Position numbers and translations under genes: made by a program
The notes under the pieces: generated by a model
Database searches by the model: none
Told to the model about the DNA's origin: nothing
The model's input: only the letters and a program-made list of their open reading frames with translations
Source of the DNA: the human T2T-CHM13v2.0 reference genome, Homo sapiens
NCBI RefSeq assembly: GCF_009914755.1
Contig: NC_060929.1
Direction: 5' to 3' (one strand)
DNA length: 64,000 nucleotides
Shown: positions 25,924-40,446 of the stretch, piece by piece
How positions within the stretch are numbered: position 1 is the stretch's first letter
Layout of the letters: each line of letters starts with the position of its first letter

Positions 25924-28731
25924 GTAAGCACCAACGGCAGACCTGGGATCCGTGGGTGGGGGCCTCTGGGAATTTCCCTAGGGGGATGCTGCATCTGGGG
26001 GTCTTGCTGTCTTGCTAACTGGCTCTGTCCCTTTCTGGACACAGATTCTCTGGGTCTCAGTTTCCCCATCTGTACAGGGGCTGGAGTCAATGATCTCTAA
26101 GCATCCATCCAGCTGATCGGCTCTAGTTCTATGGTCCTGTTGGCTTCTAGGATTCCTTGTTGTTGTAGTCAATTGGGGGAAGAAGGTGCAGAGGGAGTGC
26201 ACAGAGTTAACATCCTATCAGCCCAAGCTTCACCTCGGCACCCGAGTCTCAGGCAGTCTCCCTGGCTTCTACATAGGCAGTGCTTCTTCCTCATTGTGTG
26301 GGGCTTTGATTTTGTAATTCCAAGAGCCTGGGGCTCCTGGCAAGGAAAATGGTTTTCAAATAATGGTTTCGAGAAACAAAGCTGGGGAAGAGGCAATGTA
26401 AGCTCAGGCTCTGGCAGGCAGGCAGAGATCCTGGGAAGGCTGGGTGCTGACTGCACATGGAGCAATGGGAAGGGATGCTGGTGAGAGGAGACGGGGGCAC
26501 TTAAGCTCCGGCCCCAGCTCTGCTCTCAGTGCCCGGCTCTGTGGTCTTGGGCTGGCCCCCTCCCTTCTCTGGGCCATAGTTTTCCCATCTGTATAGCAAG
26601 GCCATTGGACAAAATGGTCCCTCTGCAGATGTGGCTTCTGAGTTGTTTGTGCCTGAGGGACAGCCAGTGTTGGGAAGTTCCCCCAGGAGGTCCCTGAGCC
26701 GAGTCTGAACTTTGACCACAAGCTTGGAGTCCAAGCAGATGAAGTCCTGTGGGAGCTTTTGGAGGTTGAGCCTGAGTGAGGGAGAGTAGCTGAAGGTTCT
26801 GTGACTGAAGGCTTGGCCAGAGGGGTGCCCCGAGCCCTCCAGATGAACTTGGCTGCAACCAGCCTCTGGTGGGGAAAGGACTGATCTCTGGATTCAACCA
26901 CACAGGAATGTGGGACATGGAAGTAGGTAAGGGATGGAAAAGATGGCAGAGGGCTTCGCGGGATGAAGCAGTGGGGCCAGGGGACTTAGAGGAATGCAGG
27001 AGGCTTGTGATGGGAGGCAGGGCTGGGTAGAGGCAGGGGCTTAGGATTGGAACTTGAAGATGTACAGACAGCATGGAGTCGGGCTCCTCTGAAAACACTC
27101 TGGCCACATCCGGAGCCCAGAACAGAACAGTCCTCTAGCACCGGCCTCTGTCTTGTACCCTCCACCTTCCCGCTTCTTGTCACACAAGACCCAAGGCCAT
27201 CATGGTTCAGAAGGAGGCTCTGAATTCAACTGCCTGGGTCCAATTCTGGCTTGTTTACTTACTGGACAAGTGACCCTGGGCAAGTTGCTTGCTGTTTGAG
27301 CCTCAGCTTCCTCCTCTGTAAAATGGGTACAATTCTGAGCTTGCATGGTTGTCATGAGGAGTGAGGGATGTAGGCACATAGAGCAGGATGAATGGGGCTG
27401 ATGTTACATCGCAGTCAGAGCCCACACCTCCTGCGGGCAAGATACCCTGAGCTATGTTGAGGGAGAAGTGGGAATGAAACCCGGCCAGGGAATGCCCAGA
27501 GTTGCTGAAGAGCTCTGGAACAGGCTCTGGAAAGAGGCAGGAGGAATCAAAAGTCAGAGGCTGTGGGACACAGGAAAGTGATCAGCTTGAGATGCCTGAA
27601 GGACTGGGGGGGATCTCCTTTCCTGCCTTTCTAGGGCATTGTGTGGGCAATGTATCTGAACCACTGTGCACTCACCCACTGACGGGGGACCCCAAGTGAG
27701 GCCTAGGAATCTGCATTACAAGCACCCCATGAATTCCCATGCATGTGGAAGTTTGCGAAATGCCAGGCTGTAGGGCGGCCTAGGACTCTCACAAACTGCC
27801 GAGGCAACGGAATCCACAGAGAGAAAGCACTGCTTTAGGTTATTTAGCGAGCTGATGGCAGAGGTGGAACAGAACCTGCCTCTCTGCCCAGCCAGGGATT
27901 CCATAAGGTGGTGCAAATCAGGAGAAATAGATGACACTATTTGTGGAGTTCTTATGAGGTCCAGGCACTACCTCAGATCTTCACATGAACTAATTCATTT
28001 AATCCTCACAAGAGCCAGTGAGGAAGGGGCAATTATTATCCCCACTCCACAGATGAGGTACCTGAGGCAAAGAGAGTTTAGGTGGCTTGCCTGAGGTCAC
28101 ACAGCTCATGAGTTGTTAAGTTGTGTGTGCCAGCTGCCCCTGGGGCTGCTAACTCCCCCAGGAGTCTCCCACCTCCTGCCCTGCCTCTTAGCTACCTCAA
28201 AACTTCCTGGAGACCCTCCAACAGACCTCATGGAAGGGGGCAGAATATGTATGGGAGACTTCTGGGAGTCAGACACTGTGCTGAACAGCTTGCATTATCA
28301 TTTAATCCTCCCAGGATTCCTGTGAGGCAGGAATCAGCATCATTCCATCACCCTCACTTTCTAGAGAAGGAAACCACTGCAGATTACCCAATGTCACGCA
28401 ATTAAAAAGTGGTGAAGGGGATTTGAACCTAGTCTATGCATCTGCAGAACGCACACTCTTGGGCTGCCCACCCCGACACCTCTGAGGGCAGTGATGAAGA
28501 ATCCCACCTCACAGAGGAGACGGAGGCCAGGAGTGAGGCCCTGCCGGAGCCTGAGCCCAAGCCTTCTAGCTCTGAGGCCACTGCTCTCCCTTCAACCCTG
28601 TTGCTGCCCCGCAACAGAAAGTTTGTCATTGGTCCCTCACAGCCACACCACAGCCCTTTGGGCAAAATCAGCCCCTTCCCAGCCTGGCCAGTTCTGGGGG
28701 AAAATGACACCTGACACCTGACACCTATCCA

Positions 28732-29047
<316 letters not shown>

Positions 29048-30149
29048 TAGAAAGATCCAGGCTCCACACCACACACCATCACTGACTCAAGTGGCTGTTC
29101 TGATTCCCAGCTGAGCCTGAGGGGTTCGGGGAGGTAATCTCTGAGGTCCTCACTGCTGGGCCGTGCCTGGGCATGGCCTCTTCCTGCAATTTTCCAACTA
29201 AACTCTCCGGGGGGGCTCAGCGCCATGGGGTGGTTCGAAGAACCATGATGAAGGCTGGTTCGAATTGTGATGACCATTTTTGTCCACATCTCCTAGGACC
29301 CATAAGCCAGAGTTTCTCTGGAGCTTATAGCTAGAAGGGGTTCTGGGTCCTGGAGTGCAGGCCTGTCAACTTTACAGGAGAGCACTAGATTGCTTTCTGA
29401 AGTGGCTGAACCAGGTTATGCTTCCATCAGCTGTGTATGAGCATCCCCATCTTCTTGACCACACTTGAAGCCATCAGTTTCCTTGAAGCATATGGGTTGC
29501 ACACTTCATTTTGCATGTATCAAATTTATATAATAAAAAATGTAAGGAAGCCATGGAAATAAAAACGTAGGTGTGCCTTCTGTAGGCTGCTACGCTCCTG
29601 TGCACGAGGGCGTCTAGAACTTTGCCCTCCATGCACAAGTTGCAGAGCACCCTCATCAGGACATTTACGAAGGCCCTGGGGTGGGATGGGCACTGCCTAT
29701 GTGGCCCTCCCCCAGCCCAGCAGTATGCAGTGGCCCGGGTCCAATCAAAGGTCGCCTGGGAGGGTGAGTTGCAAGAATCTGGGGAAAAGAGCCCAAGGTG
29801 GCTGCCGCCTGCTAACAGCTTGTCTAGACAGGCCCCATGGGGCTTCACCGCACATTGCGAGAGCTCTGGCCAGCCCCCTGCCCACTTGCAAAAGAGGCTG
29901 TTGGCAGCAACACTTCACCACTAGAAACCTTTACTCCAATTCGAAACATGCCTTAACGCACAGTGTGAATTACCCACTCTCGTGGCCCACAGAGGTTGAC
30001 TCATTCAGGCCCCCTTTTGTTCAGATGAGGAAACTGAGGCTGACTCCGAAGCCTGGGGGCTTTCAGATGTGGAGTGGGTCCCTGTGCCCAGGTGATGAGG
30101 GGACCAGGCGGGTCTGGAGCAGGGCTGGAGTGGGGCTCAGATGTAGTAG

Positions 30150-30570
30150 GCTGGCAGTTAAAGGTGCCAGATGTGAGCCAGGCTGCTGGGTTTGAATCCT
30201 GGAGCTGCCTCATAGCAGCAGTAGGACTTTGGGTAACTTACATAGGTGCTGTATGCCTCAGTGACCTCATCTGTAATATAGAGATGATAAGAGTACCTGT
30301 CTCATTGGTCTACTGAGTTGTCCGGATTAACTCATTAAATGAGTTAAAACTCATGAAGCCCTTGGAACTGTGACTGACACATAGTAAGTACTCAATAAAA
30401 AATAACTGCTAAGACCAGCCACAGTGGCTCACACCTGTAATCTGAGCATTCTGGGAGGCCAAGGCGGAAGAATCCCTTGAGCCCAGTATTTCAAGACCAG
30501 CCTAAAGGTCAACATAGGCAGACTCTGTCTCTACTATACATTTTTAGATTAAATTTTTATAATAATAATA
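30150..30570 (+). mobile_element. MIR followed by an Alu left monomer/FLAM (about 30417-30570)
   Basis: MIR core and 3' end; GCCACAGTGGCTCACACCTGTAATC monomer. Confidence 0.7.
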
Positions 30571-31332
30571 ACCACTAAAATGTGATTACTAAAGACAGCT
30601 TCTTCACAGTACAAAGAGATGCTCTTCTGAGTACCAACTCTTTGGAGGATAAACTGCCCTTATACCTTCAAAAATAACACTTGCCATATATCAAGTCCTT
30701 TCAAGTACCTGGAGATTTACCCAGCACTCTGAGATAAATACCATTATCCCTCTGGGCACACAGAGGCTCAGAGAGGTTTAGTCATTTGCCCAAAGTCACA
30801 CAGCCTGTACGAGGCCAGGCTGGGACTCAAACTCAGTTCTGACTGATTCTAAAATCATGTGTTTAACTGCTGCACTCTAGGACCACCCGCAATGGATCTG
30901 TGAACCAGAACCAGCTCTGGTTCTGACCTGCCTAGTAGGGCCTTTGGCATTTGGGGGAGGAGGCCATTGGAAGTCCGAAGCCCCCTTCCAGATTAGGCAT
31001 GATTGCAGTAAGAGAAGAGACAGACCCTTTGGCCCCCCACCCCTGCTCAGGCTCAAAAATGCAGACCCTGCCGAAACAGTCCTTCTCACCCAGAAGCACC
31101 CCATAGGGTGGGCTGAGTAACCTTGGGGGCCTCGTCAGTCTTGGGCTGCCCCATGCCCTGCACAGCCCGCCTGAGGTTTGAGGAAGGGGCAGTTGGCTAG
31201 GCCCAGACTGGAGAAAGCCACCCCACCATGGCTCTTCTGCAAGAACCCCCGGCCAGCCACAAGCCTAAGCCCCCTCCTTAAAAGCTCCTCCTCTGACCTT
31301 AGCTGTGCATCAAGGGAGAAAAGAAAGCTCCA

Positions 31333-31708
<376 letters not shown>

Positions 31709-32638
31709 CTAGAGGGAGGCTGCCTGCTGGCCTGGGGAGGGATCCACAGAGGCTATGACACCACCCCTGGCTGGGCTACTGGGCTCAGAGGCCCCCGGTC
31801 AGCCTGCCCAGAGCCTGCCAGCCACCAGGCATGTGACCCAACAACCCCGATGAGCTGAGCAAGGCAGGGTGAAGGAGAAAGAGGCTGGCTAGGACCAGGC
31901 CCTGGCTCTGCAGCCAGCACAACTGGGTAACTGTCCCACTCCTCTGGGGCCTCAGGCCATAATGTTCCCTGGTTTGGGACAGAGGGGACAGTTGAGGTCA
32001 TTCCATGTGTGATAGTAGACACCTGGATTCTCAGAGAGGGAAAATCTAAGGAGCTGGGGGCGCGCCCTGGATAGACAGAGAAGAAGACGGCATTCCAGGT
32101 GGAGAGCTCTGTGTACAAAGGTATGGAGGCAGGATTGCAGAGGCATTTTCAGACAACAGCAGAGAAGCCCAGTTGGCTGGAACCGAGAGTTGGTCTGAAG
32201 CTCAGTGAGGCTGGAGGTTGGCGAAGCAGAGAAGGCCTAGAGTGTGCGGTGGCTTTGGCAACAGAAACCAAAGCCTCAGAGCTTGGGAAAAGTTCTCCTT
32301 GGTATCTGTCTGTCCCTGGGAGGGGGTGCCTTTCTTTAGCCTATTTGTCCCCCTCCCCAAAATACCATCAGCCAAGAACCCCAGTGCAGGGCAGAGACCT
32401 AGGAATTTGGATAATGGGCAACTCTGAGATGTCAGGCAATGGGGAAAGGAGAGCTCAGGTGGGACTAGGAGGGGTAGGAAGCCCGAGGGCTGCAGTCACC
32501 ATCTTCAGACCACTCCAGAGCTTCCTGGGGAGCAGGAACAGAGGACAGGCCATGAAGCCCAGAAAGGCAGATGGCAGCAGAATACTAGGAAGACACCTCC
32601 AATAGTCTGTCCAAAGAGGGTGAGGGGATTAGGAAGTA

Positions 32639-33185
<547 letters not shown>

Positions 33186-34695
33186 TAGTGAGCTCCTCAT
33201 CACCAGAGGTATGTAAGCTTAGTACAGACACCATAGAGAGAAGCCAAACATCAGAAGAGGTTGGGCATCATGGCCTTTCCTACCACCAGCCTCGGATCTC
33301 ACATGCCAGCTCTAACTGCTTTAGGACAATCATGAGCTGAGCCTTCCTGCAGCCTGGATGTCAGATTCCCAGCCAGACATGACATCAGTTCTGCCCTGAC
33401 TTTGCACAAGGGCCTCTTGGACCTCCTACCTCCTACCTCCCACTTCCTTTCCACTGCTGCCTCCTGCCTTCCCAGGGGACACCAGGCCTGACCAAAGAGA
33501 CTTGGAGCCTGGTTGTGAGATGGAGTTCCCCGGGGAACATTCAGCTGATGGCCTTCTGCCCGGCAGGAATGAGACAAAGGGGGCCAGGGACCCTGGGAGC
33601 CCTGTTCACACGCTCCAGAGAGTCTGCGTGGAAATTCCAGGAGGGTCACAGGAAAGCTTCAGATTTAGAACCACAGTGCTTTATTTTTTTCCCCTTTTCT
33701 CTTCTGTTCCATCCTTTCCCTCATGGTCGGTGGGGGTGTCATAGAAGTCTGGGAAAGGAAAGCAAGCATCCTCTTGGGCTGAGTCACAGAAAGAGCATGG
33801 AGAGACGGAGGGTATGGGGTAGATTGGGAGGCCCACCAGACAGGGCTTGGGGCAGTGGACAGCAGTGTGGGAGAGGATGGAGAGGACCAAGAAGTCAAGG
33901 GCATGGCCAAACCGCCTGTGAGGGTCCTGGAGCAGTGGGCAACTACATCGCCTGGGCCAGCAGCCTTCCCTAGATGCTCAAGACCAGAGCTGCCAGAACC
34001 TGGGTTCAAGCTGGGGTCAGAGAGTCAGCCCAGGGCTTTCTAGAATAAAGACAGAAGGATCTTGGAAATGGGGCTTCCAGGAATCTCAGGCAATGTGCCC
34101 CCACCTCACACTGACTGCAGAGCTCAGTCATACAATATCCATCTCATTCCCTCTGGCGCCCCTGGTAGATGATTAATAAATATTCCTGGTGTTAAATCCC
34201 ATACTCATTGCATCATAGTCCTTTTAGAGCTGAGGGACCTTAAAGAGCATCAGGGCCTATCTCCTCATGTTATAGATGCAGAAACTGAGGCCCAATGACA
34301 GGGAGAGACTTGCCAAAATATGCTGCCAGAGTGACCACATCCTTTGCTTCTTCTCTGCCTTCTAGCCAAAGATGGAGACTATGGTACACTCTTCACAGCC
34401 AAGGGCAGGGGACAGAGGAGAGGCGGTGCCCAGGCAGGATGCAACTATCTCCAAGAGATAGTTAGAGGATGGCAGCCTATCTTGAGTTCTGGCTGCTCTG
34501 CCCAGGAGGTCCCTTTGAATGGCCAGAGATGGTCTCCAATGCTGTTGGCCTCCTGCAGAAGAAAGAGCCCAAGGCTGGGAATGGAAACCCTTGGTTCTAT
34601 TCCTGGCTGTGCCCTAACTCTTCATATGACCTTCAACGCGACCTTGAACATGCAGCTTCCTCTGGCCTCAGTGTGTCCAGCGAGAGGCTAGACCC

Positions 34696-35081
<386 letters not shown>

Positions 35082-35375
35082 TTACCTGCCCAGCTCAGCA
35101 CAGGAAGTGAGCCAGGCACAGAAAGAAAATAGCAGCTCTTGGATTCCCCTTCACCTCATAGCAGCATCTTCTATGCCCAGGCTTTGCTTTCTAGCTATGA
35201 AATTCCCAGAGAGACAAAAAGCTAAGAAAACCCTTAAGATCACCCCAGTAAGGAAAGCTGAGACCAGAGAGGGTCCACAGATGGCTCAAGGTCACACAGC
35301 AAACTGGGAATGGGCCTTGGGTTTCCTGGCTCCCAACAGTGTTCTTGCCACTGACCACACTGCTCTCCAGAATAA

Positions 35376-35860
<485 letters not shown>

Positions 35861-36135
35861 CTACCAGGACCCCAGTGCTTTCCTGGGAGGCCCATGCCAA
35901 CACCTACCTCAGCCCTATCTTCCCCAAGGGTAGGGCCACTCAGGCCAGGAAATCCCACTAAGTCTTCCCCCCTCATTCAGCCCTGTCCCACCCCAGACCC
36001 TGAGGCTGGACTTCATCCAGAATTACAGGCTCCAGCCTAGCTCCCCCTCTGAGGATCTGGACTTTTTCTTACCATAAAAGGGCAAGCGTGCCTCTCTTGG
36101 TCCCTGCTGCCAACCCTGCTAGGGGAAAGACTGAG

Positions 36136-36145
36136 CTATTTTTAG
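36136..36145. promoter_or_regulatory. MEF2 site
   Basis: CTATTTTTAG is a perfect YTAWWWWTAR match in non-repeat sequence of CARMN intron 1. Confidence 0.5.
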
Positions 36146-36204
36146 AAAACTCAAGGGTTTGCTCCTGAACTCAAGAGGGGCGTCTCTGCGCCTGCACCCT
36201 GAGA

Positions 36205-36425
36205 GCCCCCTCCCCATCTTTCTTCCTCCTCCTTCTCCCATCGCTCTCTCCTTTCCCTTTCTCTTCCTCTCTGTCTTGCTGTCAGTCTCACTCCATCCAT
36301 CTCTCTTCCATTTTCGCTCCCTCTCCTCCCATCTCACATCGCTGTTCTGTCTTCCTTCCCCCTCACTTCTTCCTTCTCCCAAAATCTTTTCATAGTCAGC
36401 TTCCCTCCCCCACTTCTCTCCCTCA
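36205..36425. repeat. CT-rich polypyrimidine low-complexity tract
   Basis: About 220 nt, strongly C/T-biased on the + strand. Confidence 0.85.
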
Positions 36426-37342
36426 GATCTCGTTTCTGGTGGTGGAAGAAAGTAACACATCTGCACTCCCACCCCTTCTTAAGCACTATTTACAACATAA
36501 ATTCCAAACATCCGCCATCTGGTTCTAGGAAGGGCCAAAAGATATTTGGAGAAGGAAGTCATGATTATTCCATCTTCAAAGCAAAAGGAACTTAAAGGCT
36601 CTCTTCTCTCCACCTTCCTCCCGAGGCCCCTTTGTTTAGTATTTGGCCGATCAGGATCCCCCAGTGAGCAGAAGAGGTCAGGACATTTGCTGGAGTCCCA
36701 GCTGGACCTGTGACTGGCTAAATCACTTTGAGTTCCTTGCTTCTCCTCTCCATGCCTCAGTTTCCTCATCTGAACAATGGGTGCAAGACTAGAGTGCTTC
36801 CAGCACTGATGTTCCAAGACTTCAAGTCCTGGTGCAGAAAATCCATCTGGTCCAGGTCACTGGGGCCTACTTTGGGGCTGAGAAATGAAGGGTAGGATGG
36901 GGGCAAGGGAGTGGGAGGCAATGAGGGAGTGCCATCCTCATTCCTTGATGCACCAGTTTCTCTCTCGCTCCATGGAGATCTATGCCGGCCATTCACCGGC
37001 ATTCACACCCACATTCACACCGAGGAATGGGGTGGGGTCAGATTGTCCCTCCGTGTCTGATCTAGAAGGACTCTGGACACTCTAGAGTCCAGTCGTGTCC
37101 CCACCACATCATGTAGGTGTGGGCCCTTGAGGCTCAGAGAGGGGAATACCCTTGTCCACAATCACACAGCAAATCTACAGAAAACCGGGTACCTAGCCTG
37201 CTGCTCCTCCCACCCAACACATTCCAGAAGAAACCAACATTTGTATTTTCTAGAAAGCATTGCCTAGTCCCAGCGAAGCCCCTGGAACCCTGGAGGTCCA
37301 TGCTCTTTGCAAAGCTTATAGGACAGAGGGAGAACCAATGCC

Positions 37343-37643
37343 TTTTTTTTTTTTTTTTTGAGACAGAGTCTCATTCTGTCACCCAGTCTGTAGTGCAGTG
37401 GTGTGATCTCGGCTCACTGCAACTTCCGTAACCCAGGGATTCAAGCAATTCTCCTGCCTCAGCCTCCCAAGTAGCTGGGATTACAGGTACGCACCGCTGC
37501 GCCCAGCTAATTTTTGTATTTTTAGTAGAGATAGGGTTTCGCCGTGTTGCCCAGGCTGGTCTCAAACTTCTGACCTCAGGTGATCCACCAGCCTTGGCCT
37601 CCCAAAGTGCTGGGATTACAGTTGTCAGCCACTGCACCCCGCC
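37343..37643 (-). mobile_element. Alu (S-like)
   Basis: TSD GAGAACCAATGCCTTT. Confidence 0.9.
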
Positions 37644-38108
37644 GAGAACCAATGCCTTTAACATGATGTGAATTTCTTTTAACAAGCAGCACAGAAGAGA
37701 AAAATACCACAGGAAAGAGGCAGAACACCACCACCAAAAGGAGAAGCCCCCTTGCTTCTGGAGACAGATGGCTTTCCAGGGTTCAGATGGTCTTCACTTA
37801 TACTAACAATGCTTTCTCTGTTCACAAACCCCTCTCCAGAAAGACTAACACACACCTAAATATTGCCAAGAGATAATGACTCCGGTTATCACTCTGTAAA
37901 AATGATACGATGAGCAGTTGGTCTTACAAGGGAGCCGTGAGAATGTGTGTGGGGCTGCCTGGAGCCAATCTTTACTAGCTGTGTAACCAGGAGGGAGTGC
38001 TGTGACCACTGGCGCCTCAGTAAAGTGGAGATAAGAATGGTACCTAATTCTTCAAAACAAGGATCTCTGAGTAAAGAAAAGAAAAATTAAAAGAATGGTA
38101 CCTAATTC

Positions 38109-38450
38109 AGCCAGGCACAGTGGCTCATGCCTCTAATCCCAGTGCTTCAGGAGGACAAGGCAGGAGGATCACTTGAAGCCAGGAGTTCACGACCAGCCTG
38201 GGCAACATAGCAAGACCCCATCTCTACAAAAAATTAACAAATAAAAAATTAGCTGGGCATGGTGGCATGTGACTGTGGTCCCAGCTGCTCAGGAGGCTGA
38301 GGCAGGAGGATCGCTTGAGCCAGGAGTTCAAGGTTACAGTGAGCTGGCTGTGCCACTGCACTCCAGCCTGGGCAATAGGTGTTGCCCTGGAAAGCAAGGT
38401 CCTGGAGAGTGAGACCCTGTCTCTTTAAAAAAAAAAAAAAGAAAAGAAAA
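38109..38450 (+). mobile_element. Alu (J-like) inserted in a MIR
   Basis: Diverged TSD TGGTAC(C/T)TAA(T/C)TC. Confidence 0.85.
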
Positions 38451-40325
38451 TTATTGGTACTTAACTCATAAGTGACTTTGAGGATCAGATGAGAAAAGCT
38501 GTGTAAAATAAAGCACTTGGCAAGTGTGGGGTGCATCAGAAGCACCCAATGACATGTGAGCTCTCATTATGATTACAGCGTGTCCCAATGTGCCTATTGC
38601 ACAGTCAGCCGGACAGGTGATGGTTCTTACCTTTGTCACTCTTTTCCCAGTTTCTGCCCTCACCGAGGGGCCAAGTGACAGAGACTCACAGGGATCCTGG
38701 TGTCTATGCCCCACCTGCCCGCAGGGCCTGAGCTGCTCGAGGCAAGGCTTGGGATTCTAGGCTGGGCAGGTCTTTTTTTTTTCCTCTCTTCCCTTTTCCC
38801 TGCAATGCTCTTGTTTCAGCCTCAAACTGCGTTCCCAGAGCTTGCTCAAAACTCCCCAGAGCGACCCTCCCTGGGGAGGAAGTGGGGAGCGTGTGAGGTT
38901 GGTGAACTCAGCTGGGGTGTCAAGGGGGTGGGAGGGCACTCTGGGAACAGAGGCCCAGGGAAGCTGTGCGACAAAGGGGACATGGAAAGGGCCACGCAAG
39001 GGCTCCCACAGCTTCCCCAGATGCCTCTTCAGACCTTTGCTCTCTCCCTGCTTCTGCTGTTCCTCCCATGGTTGGGCTTTGCTATGGCCCCAGCCCCATG
39101 CTAATAATAGAAATGGCAGCCATTTATCATAGGTTTATGATGTGCCTGGAAATATGCTCGCACTTGACATCTGCCTCATTTGACCTTCACAAACAAGGCT
39201 GTGAGGTCGGAAACAGGCTCAGAGAGGTGAAGACACCGGCTTTAGATCACACAGCCAGGAAGTGCTAGAGGCGAGATTCAAACACAGGTCTGCATGACTC
39301 CAAGGCCTGTGTCTTTTCTTTCCAGACATGTGGTGGAAACCCTACGGCCCTGGAGCCCAAGGAGAGCAACGGCTGTAACAAGTGCACAGGTTTGAGTGCG
39401 CTGAGACAGGGGAACCGTGGGCAAAGAGGTCCCTCCAGAAAGAGCTGGGTGTGAGCATGGGTTCGTGAGCTTGCCTGGAGCCCTGGCCTCAGCCCTCTCT
39501 CACTGAGGTGCCATCTGGCTCGCAGATGTGGCCCATTCCCAGCCCCTCGTGTTTCTTGGAAATGAGAAAGGCCAGGAAAGGGCACAGGGGCTTTCGCAAC
39601 GACCGTGGCGATGATAGCTTTGACGTGTGGTCATCCAGCCGGCCACTGCCCACACCCAAGAGAAAGCTGGATTGAGCATCAGGAGCCTGGGTTCAAGTCT
39701 GCCTCTCAAGCTGTTCCACAGGTGACCCTGGGCAAATCGCACAGGCTCCTGGAACTTCAGAAAGGGGAAGAATTATTCCTGCCTCTGGCGACATCAGCGA
39801 ATGTGCCTTGAGTTACGGGAGTGTTTTGAAGGCTGAAAGCTTTGTGTACACGGAAGGGGTCAAAGACAGCCACAAGCCTGTCCCTTTGGTCTTGGTCATC
39901 ATGTTAACCCCAGGTTTCGATTTAATCCTACATGCTCCTTTCTTATGTGTGAGGCTGAGGTGGGGGCATTGGTCAGAGGAGCCTCTGGGAAATTTCCTTT
40001 CAGGACAGTTCTTTTGTTAAGGGGCCTGGGTGTGCTGAGAAGGGAAGGTGGCTCCTCCTGCTCTTGGAGCTTGGAGTTTCTCACAAGCTCTCCCTTAAAA
40101 GCCAGGCAGGCCAAGAAGGGATAATGGCTGCTCAGGGCCCAAGGGGCAGGATCTCTGAGGCCCGGAAGATCTCAGTAGGTTTAGCCCAAGAGTATCCAGA
40201 AGTGGCCCAGGCCCATTCTCCATCCCTCAGAGCCTGGCAGCCTGGTCAGGACCCTCAAAGGCCATGACCGTACCCGTAGGGCACCCTGGTGTCCTTCTGA
40301 CAGGTGGGATCTTTGTTTCTTACAG

Positions 40326-40446
40326 GCAAGGGCGCTAGCTGGTGGGAGCCACCCCGCCATGCTGATGTCAGAGAAGCAAGAACTCTGGAGAAGCAGCCTC
40401 CTGGGACCAGAGGAGGGCCAGCAGCAGGCAGCCCGGAGACAGAACT
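40326..40446 (+). ncRNA. CARMN: CARMN internal exon (exon 2)
   Basis: Acceptor CTTTGTTTCTTACAG|G; donor ACT|GTGAGC. Confidence 0.65.

Noticed and set aside
28436-28714. 92-aa acidic, Ser/Pro-rich ORF that looks protein-like
   Set aside because: Starts at the edge of a MIR, has weak ATG context, is intronic, and I recognise no family
29231-29400. TGGTTC-GAA-GAACCA inverted repeat with ATGATGA/GTGATGA C-box-like motifs (possible snoRNA)
   Set aside because: No suitably placed D box with a terminal stem, and no recognisable guide sequence
34153-34170. Reverse CTCF-like motif (CTACCAGGGGCGCC)
   Set aside because: One base short in the G run, so the core spacing does not fit
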